A stretch of DNA of 64,000 bases from Balanoglossus misakiensis (GCA_040954595.2 CM082583.2:7252849-7316848); one strand, 5' to 3'; numbered from the stretch's first letter, positions 1-14,000 are shown. Notes: a model not told the origin generated them from the letters alone. A program made the numbers and translations.

Positions 1-16
1 AAACTTGTTCGCTTAC

Positions 17-184
17 CTGCTTCTGTAGTGCTTTCCATGGGAGTAGCGTATTACCATGGTCAAACTGTGACACCAACCGTTCAATATCACCACCGTAGTC
101 AGTATCAGAAGTATCAGGGAAGTTGACAAGGTCCATTCTGACCAGTGGCAAACACGAAAATGGCGTGGCAGGCCATCCACGAGA
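17..184 (-). other. Candidate 168-nt phase 0/0 exon, or remnant of a decayed coding sequence, of an unidentified gene or transposon (SRGWPATPFSCLPLVRMDLVNFPDTSDTDYGGDIERLVSQFDHGNTLLPWKALQKQ)
   Basis: On the minus strand it is bounded by the acceptor ttttgttccag| and the consensus donor CAG|gtaagc. It reads as 56 open codons with protein-like composition. I do not recognise the family. Confidence 0.4.
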
Positions 185-2640
185 CTGGAACAAAATCTAA
201 ATATACACAGAGCGAGCATGTACTTGACCAATCAGATTAAAAGAGTTTACTTCTACACAGGTGGTACATGTCTCTGTATTCATGCAGATTTGCATTGTCT
301 GCGATGGGTCAATCTCCCAATCTTCTATACCAGGTTCATAAATGACCGCTGTGAGCTATGGGTCACCCATTCCATTGTTGGTGTTCAAATCAAAGTCAGT
401 ACATTTATCGACAGTAAAGTTTTTAGACACGATTTGGATGTTTATCGTGGTATAAGTCGTTAATCGCTACTCGTAGGTGTGTTGTAACAGTTTTAAACAC
501 CATACTGCAGCTGATGGTCACTGCGATTATATTTACTAACCATTTTACACATTTAAATCGGAATTAAAATTGGTGGATATAAGTGATCATGAGATAGGCT
601 TTACTAGTAAATTCTTTTTGAAAAAAAAAATCTGAAGCCGTGATGATTTGTAGAAACAACTGCATCGCATTTTACGTTGCGAAATAAATATAATCTGAAA
701 TCAGATTTCGAGGGAAATCTCTGCTTTGCACGCACACTTTGACAAAAGAAGTGGCTATATTCACCTCGAAAGATCATTTTCACATTGATGGAAGCAAACA
801 TGGGGATATTTTTCATGATTTGATCCAATTAAATGACGCACTTTAATAGGCTTCGCAAGAACATGAAAGAAGTGCGATTAAAAATTCATGCCGGCGTAAT
901 AGAAATCTACGTGTGTGTCATCGCCCCGTCGATGGAGACAAATGAAAGTTTGCACTGGAATTCATAAATATTTGATGGTTTATATGGGGATCCTATCAAA
1001 TAATAAAAAGCCAATCAAAACTCGCTTATCATTTCATATATCACACGGATCTCTTGGACAGCTGAAGAAGAAAGCGGGAAGAAAGACGAGCATTTAGAGG
1101 TCGACTCGCTGAGCAAGCGACACCACAAATGGAACTGCGCCTCCTTGTGACCGTTTTTGGAAACGAGATGATCTCAAATTCAAAGGTGGCTTTGATTCTC
1201 GTTGAATTTCCCTGACTACACTAAGAGTACTTTAACCCGCACCCGTTTTTTTTAAATACAACAATGTGCTGTAAATTAATTCATCATTGTTGTCATGTTT
1301 ATATAATAGGCCAACATTCATATCAAAGGAGAATGACAGCTCTACAATACACATGCAGTTGGCCACATTGTCCTGCCATCGTCAGACTTGACATTCAACG
1401 AAAGTTGTATCTTTCCTGTGTACGAATCGAAGACACTGGAAAGGATTGTGGTGTCCTTCTGAAGTCAGAATAATTCAAAATCAACCGATCAAAACGCAGA
1501 GGACATATTTTGCCCGCTATCTGATATTTTAGATCGTTGGTGCTTGGTTAAATTTTGATGACAAAAATTACTCGGGTGTTATAAATATTGGAAGGACGTA
1601 ATGTGTCTTTAAATCAGCGATAATAATGAATTATTGTATGAATAATATTATGGCATTAAATATTAACATTTTAATTCAACACCATTGCAAAGCCCGCGGC
1701 TATGTGCCGTTATAGCACATGATGCTAGCTCATGCCAGATTGATGCGAATTCTGGAAGACAAAACGCAATGATTTACGCTCCTGTAGTTTTTGTGTGATA
1801 TTTCATTTTTCCATGAAGGAACTCGCATCAAATTATAAATTTCGATGTTATTTTGACAGTTGTATTACAGCAAAGGCGTTAAAATGCGATTTTTATAAGT
1901 TGAATTCGTTGATTAGGGCAAATATATGTGACTTTCAATGGAACGGAGACCATGGAAACAAATAATATCACTGGTATGCGCCTGACCTCAGGACAGAAAA
2001 AATATGAGGTTGTCATGACAATGATCACGCATTGGGCAAATGTCAGAGAGAAAGAGAGCTCGCCAAAAATGATTTAGACATTTATCAAGAGAGTTTGAGT
2101 TTTTATTTAACGTAGAAAAAATCTCTCTCCTCTCAAAGTATATTTGAGAGTCTCAACAACCAGCAACTCAGTGCGAGTGTGAATCAGTTCCGTTTACAGA
2201 GAATCAGCATTAAATATCGGAGAATATAAAGGGGGTATTTACTTTGAACACGTGATCATCTGACGATAACCACTGGTGTGATCCTAAAGAGTCTTGCTTA
2301 CACATCAATCTAAGCGTTGCCATCATTAGTGACGTCACATCGAATGAGGGACTTGAAATAAAACAATGATGCCATTATCGGCAATCGATGACAACCTCGG
2401 TTTAATATTTACGCATGTGATCTACGGAAGGAAGCATATCCGTGGTGTGAGCAAACACAGCGGCAAGCCCGTCCTGGCACCGGCTCGGCTTCGCTCTAAA
2501 ACGCGTGCAGTATACATCGCTGCCGACGACTGTCAAAGAGAAGAGAAATCGATGACATGCACGCCGGTGTCATTATTAACAAGATTTGTTAATTTGTGGC
2601 CACTCGCGTGTTTACTTTATACCACAATCGACAGTCTTCG

Positions 2641-2807
2641 TTCATTCATTCATTCATTCATTCATTCATTCATTCATTCATTCATTCATTCATTCATTCA
2701 TTCATTCATTCATTCATTCATTCGTCAATCCGTCCGTCCGTCTATCCATAGATACATCCATCCATCCATCCATCCACACACATACACGCATGGTATACAC
2801 ACACACA
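2641..2807. repeat. Compound microsatellite: (TTCA)~20 followed by TCCG, TCCA and CA units
   Basis: Directly visible. It explains the HSFI-repeat ORFs in the ORF track. Confidence 0.97.
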
Positions 2808-4152
2808 TGGTAACACTATAGAAATGGTGGTTTCGAGTAAACCTATGTAGATACTAACACGTTATTTCACGCGTGAATTGGTATCACCTATAGGGATATC
2901 CGCAGTCACGCACGAATTCCCGACGAAAGGAAATTCGACGGAACGGGAAAAGTTCGCCGAAACACCGAATAGGCCTAGTTCTGGATTGAAATGCACACGC
3001 CGTGCGCATGTGCATGGAAATGAACACGGAGTAAAGGATTTTAAGAAATCAATAGCAAAGCGAGCTCTTCTGATATGTGTTAATAAAAAAAACCAAGACC
3101 CCTATCGCGGCGGACACTTGTCCTTGAACTACAGAGAGAAGGAGAGCAAACAGCGTGATTGCGTGAAATTGTACATTTCGATTCTTTCAGTGTCAAGATT
3201 CTTAATTAACGCATTTCAACTGTTTTGATTCATTTGTTATTTCATTATTTCAACCGTGTTAGCCAGGGTTTCGATAACAGCATGTATCCTCGAAACAATA
3301 GCAAGAGATTTGGGGGAGACTATTTTTTATAGATTATTGGGAGTGGCGCTCTTCCGAGCCGCCATTGTTCCCCAATTTGAGTGATTCTATTGGCTCAAGC
3401 AGAGCTCCATTCATCGTTTCAAGTCATACACTGCCCCTCAGTTTATCATCTCGAGTTCGGCATTCTTTCTTATTCATCCGTGCTCATTGCCTATATTTTT
3501 CATATGCAGTTTGCCTCGCAGCGTGCTTGCCTCGACGACAATGGCGATGTTTAATATTTCGTCCTGAATTATTCATGTGCGCCGCAGAACTGAAGTGCAC
3601 AAAGGGTTTTACTGGGATTTGAAACAAATTCCCGCTGGCAAGGAAAGCGACACAGCTATATTAAAGTTTTGCTTTGAATAAGCAATGATGAATCAGCGGA
3701 CGCGAAATTATATTCGAGTACGTTTTCCCCTGATATTTTTCCCTCCACTTTCAAATTTGCATTCGTGTTCTGGATCGTATTCTGGTTCGTAATCTGGTGA
3801 ATTGTGTCCGTCTTTGCTATCATTTCATCGGTTGCAGTTTCCCATGAAAATATCATGTCGTGCATTGTTAGGCCTACATTTCCCTATCTACCCAAATCAA
3901 AACATCTACATCAATTGCTTGCCTGTTCGTCTGTCTGTTCCTGGTACTCGCGAGTTTGTCCATCAAAACAGTTGCTCCCGTGACAAAAATATTTGCAAGT
4001 TTAACTGTTTAGAGGTACCGTTCGACGTTTTTATCAGTCATAGCGTATTAAAACATTCTCTGCCAATAAATGCAAAATGTTGTGGTAACAACATTTAAAA
4101 CATCTAAGATGCAACATGGGCTTGTTGATATGCCCATCTGTTTGATGGTTCG

Positions 4153-4166
4153 CCACTAGATGGCGC
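4153..4166 (+). promoter_or_regulatory. CTCF-like motif CCACTAGATGGCGC
   Basis: Full match to the CTCF core consensus CCASYAGRKGGCRS. Motif match only. Confidence 0.45.
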
Positions 4167-7100
4167 ATGTCCATACTGTAGATAGGAGCGGAACAGGTCT
4201 ACAATTTGGGATTGGGCGGAAGTGATTCAATACGTGAAATTCGAGTCCGTCGCGTCTTCTCACACTACAGAGATATGATTCATGTCTTGATAAGTGAATT
4301 TTGATTGGCTTTTTATTATTTGATAGGATCTCCATATACTTTATGAAAGATTAATGATACGTTATGAAAACCGATGAAAACCAGAGGATACTGTTTCCCC
4401 AGTTCTCGGCAAGGACCCCCCGATTTCTCACGTGACGAGACTGCGTCGACAAATTTCGATTACTGTCCGTTTGAATAATTAATGATTTACGTCCATAATC
4501 TGGCAAACTTTATTAACAGGCTCTAATTAAGTTATCCCGGGCAGCCGTAAAAATGTTCGATCCACAATAGAGGAATGTCGACCATTAAAAAGCGTAAACG
4601 TTTGATCGTCATCCATAGAATTATGAGGTTTTGTTATGCTGTCAGCTCATGCCCCGAGGATGGAATGATGAATAAAAATAATCGGCAGAGGTCTGGAATT
4701 TGGGACGATTCTCTATTGGATAGCGACTCTTGCGCTCAACCAGGAAAAATGTATCATGTCAAAATATTAGCCAGCTCTTGAGTATACGATATTGTATGTG
4801 TGAACAGATAAGTGTATTATTGAAACTGCAGGGACGAGTGGCGCCGCCCCTGACAAAGAGTATTTCTTGCTTTTGACTAAATAGTATTCCCTGGCTCATG
4901 GAAGTCCTCATCGCATAATTTCATGAACCCAAAAAGGCATTTTAAATCCCGGCTAGACCCAAACCGACCATATATTAAAAACACAATCATTTGCCGGCAC
5001 ACGGCCGTGGCGAGATAACGGCCTGGACAACAGCGTTATCACAGCAAGGTTGGAGAAGGAAAAGTCTTCGATGACGCCATTTATGGTACGTACCATAAAC
5101 TGTGTGTACGCGTCACAAGGTGTGAGTCGATCAGTACACGTATGCTTTATACAAAAAATAGCCAAATGAGAGACACTTCACTCTCTTACAGATCAATGTA
5201 AAGGAAAACCCTGTAATTAAAAAAAGTTGTTCGCATTTTTCAGTTGCATTTCTTGTTATATAAAACAGATCACAGTTGACTGACTACAGATGGCTGTTCA
5301 CCTGGTAATACCTGAAAAGCCTGCTGAAAGCCCGGGAAGCGACGCGTCTCCCCTCATCGGTCACCATGGAGATCCATACATTTCACCAGTGTACATGCTG
5401 CCCTCACACATCACTGACCTCGTGTTTGTAAACATGATCGTTAATACTTTCTCGCTGTTATCATTCGTATCTCAAGAATGAGATATATTTGTATCGTCGT
5501 GTTTGTTTTTAGTTTTGTCTTTCTATTTTATTTTCAAATTATTGCTGAAGCCGTTTTGTTCTACTCGCCGAGAAGATTACCGATAGTAATTAGAATTCTG
5601 AACACGTTTCCGAGACGGTTCTGAGACCACAAAGAAGGTCTCGTTTATCCCGGAAAATCCCGGATTTCACGGAGATCCAGACTGCAAAAATCTGCTGCGT
5701 AATTTGTTGTTGGATAAGCTAAACACACGATCGTATTTTTTGTAAATGTCGACATTTATGGATTAGAGGCGAGCGTGCGGAGATTTCCCGAAGAAATTGA
5801 CGCCTTCTCACACAGTCCGTGAATTTTCCCCGCGCCCGGCTTCTTCCATTGGGGAGAAGACTCGCGCCGAGGAATGAACACCATCAACCGGAAAATTGGT
5901 GTCATGGAATCCGTTTAAAGGTGACGCGGGGATGAAAGGAGAAGTGCAGACCCCGGGGATTTGACAAACATTCGATCGGAGACATGGCGAATTCGTTGCC
6001 GCTTGTGCGATTAAGGATTAGGCGAAAGCAATTCGGGCGCGCGCGAGAAAGTTATTTATCGTTGTTGATGCATCCAAATCGTTGTCGCTGCGGGCTCTTC
6101 AACGCGTCAAGTAAGGAGCGATGGAGTCTCGTGGAAGACGAAAATATTGATTTAGAGGAAGTTGCTGGCGTTTATTCTTTCGGGGGGAATGTTCAGCCCC
6201 CTTTTCTTCTGCCTACCTTTCTCAGACTGTGATGAACTGCAGGAAAGTCTGCAACCAACTTTCGTAATCCTCAATCAGAAAATTATTTTTAGATTACCCA
6301 GAGATTTGCAGTAATTAAGATGGCTACTCACACACACTCACGGTTCCCCCGGTACGGGATTAAAGCCATCGCAATCATTGAAAACAATCTTAGTTGGAGG
6401 CGACTTTGAAAATTCCAAAAGACTCTTCAATCGCACGGGAAAACAAACCTTGTGCGACATATTCTGAGAAAGAAAACGCCCCCTACCGGTCCGCCTCACG
6501 GCCTACTGTTCGATCACCGCCTCGGGCTTGTCATGAAACCTACAGAGACAGAATAAAAATAGAAAAATCCAACAAATGCTAGCTTGTTTGCAAAAAATAA
6601 AGTGCCTGGCTGACATTAGAGATATCTTCACGGGTACTCGTTAAAAGGGGTGTTCTTACACGAAGAAATTTCCAAGGTGATATCAAACCTTGCATAAAGC
6701 GGACTATTTACAGCCTATTAAAGTCGGCCAAAGTCCTTTAAAATAACATATTTTATTTTATTTGAATATTAGTCCGGCAAAAAAATTGCATAACTGAATC
6801 GTTTATAACGATGAAACACAGTATATTAACCTGGAATGTTCTAGAACAAAATCTGGTTCACTAATTTCTGGAAATAAGTCGTCCAACTTGAACGTGATCC
6901 AGAACCACGGTGCCTGTGTGGCAACTCTTCGGCGCCACTGTAATCAGCCGGGCGAATTAGAAGCTACTGGCGGTGATGCCCGGGTGGTCACGGATTGCCA
7001 CTGGCTTAAACGGCTATTCAAGCCCCAGTTCGTTTCAGCGTGTGTATAGGTTTGAACGTCTATACCTTGACACAGTCGTCGCTGCTCCGATCCCAACTAT

Positions 7101-10100
7101 TGCGTAGCCAGCCGTAACCACAGGACGAATATGAGGAACCAACATGGTGGACAGACGGACAGATGCCAACCAACTGTTCGTTAATTATCCACTCCAGTTC
7201 TCGTCATATTTCACTCATGAAATATTTGATTACCACTTTTCAGTTCTAATTTTGCTGTCACAATGGCGCGTTTTATGTTTTGATTAATTTTGTTGGTGCG
7301 TGAATTCTCATGTTGACTCACCAATAGCCCGACTTTTGTGACAACAGATTAGGCGCACATTAGACAAGTCTGCTTCCACTGTACCCCCAACCCCGATTAT
7401 CTAATTATTTAATCGGCAAATCTTACAGATTATCCGATTAGGTCCGACGGTTTGTTGTGCACGCCACCTGTCTGGTTGAGAGTTCCGTATACCTACTATA
7501 CATGTACTATAGCTGTCTGGGCACATTTCTTTACTTGCACGCGCGTGGCGCGGAGCGGGTCTCCAAGACATCGGTTCGTCGCCATGGAGACGGCTCGCCC
7601 ACGCTTGATTTGTCTACCGAACCGAAAACAGGAAAACAAATTGTAAATTAAAATTTTGGGCCATTAATTCATAACTCGTTGACTCCCCGTGAACAAACTT
7701 CCTGCTATAAAAACAGGTATTGAAAAATTAATTCTCTGGTACAACAAGTACACACGGAGGCTGGGCCATAACGACGAAAGACCGTATACATACACACCGA
7801 ATGTAAGCATGGCGCGCCAATTAACTACATTTGAGAATTCGAGTCTTGATTTTTGTTGAGTTAATACGCTAAATATATTTTTTCACGAGGCGAATGTTGA
7901 AAAAATTGAAATTCCGATATCTGACATAGTATACATGTACCTTACACATGCATAATTTATGATTTCATTTGCCTTGCCAAATAAGGTAGTATCATGTGAT
8001 CACGAGAATGTTTCTCGAGATCACGAAACTTCTCGAGATTACGGAAAACTCTCTGGCGATGTGGGATAGTTTCTAACAGATCGAGATATTTTGGTGAACA
8101 AAATACCCCTTACATGCTTTCCTACAGACTGATAAAGCCAAAGACCATACTTGCCAATAACGAGATAGGAGTGAAAAGGAAGTGTAGATTATAAAAACAA
8201 AAATACCGGAAAAGAAAAAAAAAACTATCAACAGTTGCACCTGCTCTGCCCTATATCACACAGAACTTATAAAAAACTCAATATTTGTTTATGCAAGGTC
8301 GAAAATTTATTGGCTGAGGACAAAGGATGTTAAAATTCTGTTTGTTGCGCTGCAGTGTGCAATATAGTTTTACACCCACCATGATTATTACGACTCTGCT
8401 GTTTTCATTGTTCGAGTCTTACCGTTGGCCATTTCATGATCTCTCGCTTGGCGCGCTTAATTTACAGTCTATAGTTTTATTAGTATTATCTTTCCGGATG
8501 AACTGTCGCGCTTCGCGGAGCACGCTAAGAAGATTCGTGCGTCGACGCCATTGTTTTTTTTTAAAATAGAAAATGGTTAAAAAAAATTGTGATCCACTGG
8601 GATGAAATGGTCTCGCGTGAGCAAATGTGATCACCACAAAAAGTGTTCTGTTTTTTTTGTTCTCAAGAAGCCGTAATTAAAACACACCGGAAGCGCACGA
8701 TATTTTACACCTTACAGTTATGGTAATTACCGGTTTCGTTTCCGTTTGTGCGACACACCTCGACGGACTTTTATGAACAAGTAATTATTCTGGGCGAAAA
8801 AAGGTTTCGGACAAAGTGCATTTTTTATCATTTACATGACACGGTGATTCTCGACGATTTTTTTAATTCTCTACGCTTGAAGGTCGTCGTTGTTATTGAG
8901 AAAATCAACTTCGAAAACAGGCAATGTTGAAAGTTGAAACTGTTTCCGGCATGAAATAGGCCTAATAAAGAAAATGGACAACAGTAATGTCGACCACATT
9001 AGATAAGGTCATAAAACAAATGATCGCGACATTTGCAAAATATGCATCATTATTGTATACGACAAATAGTTTGTAAACCGTATTTAAAAAGTTGAACTTT
9101 TACACTGGGGTTACACTGGTACTCTTGCTTATTTTTTCTCAGATGCGCATTTGCGGGACCACAGACGTCATTGGTTGAGAAGTAATATCACTATTATCTG
9201 TCAGGTGGCCCGTACCAGTACTAACTCTTTTATGTGACCCCTGAGAACAACAGGTGGTTTATGACACGACTTGTTATTAGCATAAAAACTAAACTCTCTT
9301 TGTCCTCTCCACACCGTGAGCTATGTCATGGTCTAGGGCATATTGTTCACCAATTTTTAACCAGTTTGTTCAAACCCATGACAGATGGTGCGCGCGAACC
9401 ATGTCATCTTCCCTACGACAAATTATTTACAGCGATGCCTGAACATGAAGGAAACGCTTTAGCAATTTTTTTGCAACGATACGTCAATTGTAGGAACTGC
9501 AGCTCAGCTGATGAAATCGGCCCGTTATCATTACAAAAAATGGCAAATTATTGTATTTTAACTTTCCATTCAATCGTATTTTTATATCCGTCATAAATTA
9601 TCAGAATTGTGTAAACGTTAATAAGGAGTGTGCCGAAAATAGAATTAACGAGGGTTAGTTCAAATTTACTACTTCATTTTCTGGAGGGGCGCTAATTAAG
9701 ACGGTGCTGATTTGTGTGTTCATTAATTTAGGGCGCTCCAAGGCGAAAAACTCGAAAGAAAAGCCGTTGCCTGGAAACAAGGCGAGTCGCCGAGTTAATG
9801 AAACATCGGTTGAGGGCCAGTTCTCGCTGATTAATAGCTTCGACACATATTACACTAACATATGATGAATTATTAAAGGTCAATTAGTGAGAGCTGGACA
9901 TTCTGATTAATTTTTAATATCCTCTCGAAAAACCGAATCAAGACAGGGTCAAGACTTGAGCTTTCTCCTCCGAGTCATACAGATTTAGACGTGGCCCAGG
10001 AGACCATTTTGACCATGGCTAGTTTCTAACACCAAAAGCCAAATAACAACAGCTAAAACTGTTACACGTTCACCTTCATTGACTTCGAGGATCTCACCAT

Positions 10101-10138
10101 GTTATGTTAACGTGGTAGTTCAAACCTTTGCTCATCAC

Positions 10139-10333
10139 TTACACAAAGCCCTAAATGGACTCTCTCCACAACATCTCAGGAACTTATTCTTCGCCCATCC
10201 GATAAATGCCTTCGCCCAGATGGAATCTGACTTTCTCAACTCTCTCTTCATTCTCTTCAGCAGCGTCTGTTATTTGGAACTCTCTACCCTCCAATATTTT
10301 ATCCATGTGTTGTCGAAGCATGAAGCTTACTTA
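10139..10333 (+). mobile_element. Degenerate 3' end of an L2/CR1-group LINE ORF2
   Basis: Translates to HKALNGLSPQHLRNLF and, after a frameshift, SAASVIWNSLPSNI. These resemble the YKALNGLAPxYL and WNSLP motifs typical of L2/CR1-clade ORF2 C-termini. Confidence 0.7.
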
Positions 10334-10810
10334 AAGATTTTGGAGGCTTCTCTAACAAATTGTCTTGCGGTGTAAACACAATCAGTTCTACTTTGCCTTT
10401 ATTAACAATGATGAGCCTAAAACGAGTTAGAAAACAGAGTCCCATTGCAAGGCTCCGTTGTAAAAGGTACTTACGGATTAACTTGTCTATAAGTCGGCAC
10501 TGCAGATAAATATTTTATCACGTGCACGTGTATAGACAGACGATTTACTTGTGTGTGCACTTCAACCAAAGCTCAGGCACCTTCAAGGTGGTACTTGTCT
10601 AAAATAGATGTCAGCAAAGGTTGTGAATGAAGACAGAGACTCTCGAGTTTAGATGGTACAAGTACACGTATATACAATGGGGAACATTTGGAGAACAGCC
10701 GCCGTCGGCATTGCCAAATGCACCAAATATGAAGTGTTCATGGAGGTATATTTATCTGAACATAAGTCGAAAACACGTCACGGACCAGAACGCACCGTCT
10801 GAATGGCGGT

Positions 10811-11022
10811 TGTGATCTGTGACCTTCTGGACATGACAACTTCACATTAACAAACAGGTCAGAAAATGGACAGTCGATATCAAATCTCGGCAGACATTTC
10901 ACCAACAGACAAATCTTGTGATATGGGCCTGGACAGGACACCTTCACATGTGGTAAGAAACAGGTCAGAAAAAATGGACAGTCGATATCAAATCTCGGCA
11001 GACATTTCACCAACAGACAAAT
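10811..11022. repeat. Two-copy tandem duplication with a period of about 107 bp
   Basis: The block aaacaggtcagaaaa(aa)tggacagtcgatatcaaatctcggcagacatttcaccaacagacaaat occurs at 10852-10914 and 10958-11022, each preceded by a related but more diverged ~40-bp segment. Confidence 0.92.
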
Positions 11023-14000
11023 GGCCACCACGTTCATCAAAAGAGATGCGTAAAAGATTGTGATAAGGATACGAATTCTTTCAATTATTCCAATCTGGTT
11101 AAAACCGGTTGTAATACAAAGTTCCCCGAAGACCAGGCTGTCATACAGTAACACGGTTTCTGAGAAACTTCACATTAGTGGCCGCATAAGGAGAATGGCC
11201 GATTGATTATCATCGGTTCATTCGGATATGACGAATCTTGACCCAAACGTGTGAGTATCAGACAGATATGGATCTTGACTCATACCAGGGGCTTTCAGCT
11301 GAGGCTTGGCTTTGAAACCTTCATAACATTGTTAAGAAACTTCTTCTATGTGTACTCCCACACTAATACAGTCAATGATAACGACATCTTTAGTCTCGTT
11401 CACTGTCAGAGATGATGATGATGATGATGAAGTTCGCTACAAAGGTTAAGGTTCACTACAAAGGTTAAAGGTTTACAAGTGTCAGTCTACCAGTATGCTA
11501 TTGAGAAAATGTTTTTGAAATATGTTTGCGTTTCTCTTCTGGCGACAACCCCTTCCTGGTGTCGCAATTCATACCCAGTTGATGCAGCGCACCGTCTGTT
11601 TGAAGAATTACAACACATTACAGCGATAATTCACCCCAGCCTTGAAAAATCAATCGGAGAGAATACATTTCTTTGGTTAGTAAATAACACCAGATGGCGT
11701 ATGCCACTATGATATATTCAAAACAATCCCAACACAATCGGTGGCATTGTGTGCGTGTTCTATGATTAACTAAATGACTACAAAGGGCTGTGTTTGAATT
11801 TGCTCATCATCGCCATCGTGGCATGAATTTGTCAAGTCTATCTAGTGTTACGATTTTATACACGTCATTCCAAGCACGCCAGGTCGGGCATATGGCGTTT
11901 TTGATCCAATGGAACGGACGCGACGCGACGCGACACCAGCGAGATCATCACCCACGTCACTGACAGAACGACGCTACAAGCAAAATCTTATGTTACCGAG
12001 AAATACGAATGACAAATAGTCGCTGTAACGGGTGGCAACACCGTGGTAGCATGGACCATGGGCTACCTTTGTTCAACAGGAAGCCTCAATAATGCCTGGT
12101 TCGCTGGATAGCCGTTTTGATATTGTATACGTCTATCTATTTCGTGAAGAAGAATATTACGTGGAGAAACCAAAAATAAATACAGAGTTGCACACACTGT
12201 TTGTACGCACTTTGTGGGGATCAAGTAAAATCTTGCATCTCAACAGAGTTTACTGATAGGAAAAACAAAATCAAATTTTCATAAATGTTTACGGCGTTTA
12301 TCGGCTTTTAGTGACGTCAACAGATTTCTCATTTCCATCTTCGATCAGTGCGTCGATGGCGACGAAATTAACTTCTCGGAATTGTGAAACAATAGACCCC
12401 AGAACGCCAGTGGAAACACTCTTCGGTGGCGTCTGTCTTTACATTTGACTTGAAAATTAAATCATTACTGCAAATGCCTGAGGCAAAGACTCTCTGTTGA
12501 GCTCTGGGTTGATGTACTAAGCGATGTAGGGTTGGTTTCAACAACCCTGGCTGGATTTCAGTTTGATTGTAGCTAAAAATAAATTATCGACTTCGCAACG
12601 CGTTTCTGTCGTCGGTGATCGAAGTGTGTGTGTGGGGGGGGGGACATGGGAGAGTTTGGGTCACGGTATGGTTTTGTTTCACGTTTCAATTGATCAAACC
12701 AACGATCTCCTGCACGTAGAGAATAAACGCATGCCATTCTCAAAAAGTTCTGCGCGCATGTGACTTGGTTGTCAAGGATATCTGGGCGTTTGTTTCGCCC
12801 CAAATTCATTGTTTCTGGTCCGCTGCCCGGTATCCTGAGCGGTATTGAAAAAGAATTAATTGGCAAAACCTAGTTGGTACACGTAGAGAACATAGTCACG
12901 TCTGCTTCCATATATTTACAGCTGGATGAAATTCGGATGTCGAAAACCTGAGATTGGCCGACAGGAGGTAGGATTGAAAGCGATCAAATTTTCTCCTGGC
13001 TGTAGGCCTGTTTTACAAATGAGTTGTCTTTGTCGCATAGCCGGGCAGTATCATGTTATACACTCTGGGCCGATCTGTGAGAGGGAGCGACCTCAACACG
13101 ATGTCATTCTCGTCCACCACACACGTCCGCGGACAGGTAACTACAAGAAATTGCGTCAAAATCTGCCTAAATTGCGAAAATCTAATTAAAACGTGCCGGT
13201 TGTAAAACATAGGTGGGGCGTACTTTATTACTTGTGTCTATCCACTAAGTTGAGTTAATCATTCGGCGATGATAAAGCCGCGCCGTGTGATGAATGAGCG
13301 GTGCGCAGCGTCAATCGCAACTGGTGCAAGCATGATCAATTGGCGGCCGACTTTGCTCCCGAACACAGTCCAGCTACACCTGATACCGGGCGACATGTTC
13401 CAAAGGCGCGCATTTTCTGTTGCCGGCACACGGCATATTTTGTTGAGTTTCTCGGCGAACACGCGCGTCTTTTCCCCCCTTCCGAGATAAACTTGTTCAA
13501 AGAGTTCTCTCTTTCCCCTCTTTGTTTCCCACTCCACCCTGATGGAACTACAGCTTCGTGTTTGTCTATTCTTTTCATTCATACTGTAGAAATGAACACG
13601 AGCCATCTGTCAATCGCACATACGATTGGTCCAATTAGTTGGACGTAGCCTCCAGCCTCGTCTGAATTAAAGCCCTCTAGGAACATGAATGGAACGCTGA
13701 TTGTAGCTCTCTGCGCATTCTCCGTTAATAACAACGAAGCATGTTTCCCACTATAAGTGTTCCGATACGACAACAGCGGGTAAATTATTCTCTTAACTTG
13801 GATAAAAATTAACAAATATTATCGTCTCGAATGAAAAGGAGCGGGCTTATGCTGAAGGGCCGAGCGTCATATTGAAATAAAACTTGGTGAGATATTACAT
13901 GTATCGCTATCATGAACATAAGTCTACAAGGCTAGGGGGTCTTCACGAGTGAAAATATTGTGTCTTTGGCTGTTCCCCGTTCTTTATTAGCGAGCCCAGT

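Noticed and set aside
2366-2821. 151-aa ORF with HSFI repeats
   Set aside because: It is a translation of the (TTCA)n microsatellite.
10811-11022. Repeat-spacer-repeat pattern resembling a CRISPR array
   Set aside because: There are only two ~63-bp copies, the intervening segments are related to each other, the context is eukaryotic, and there are no cas genes.
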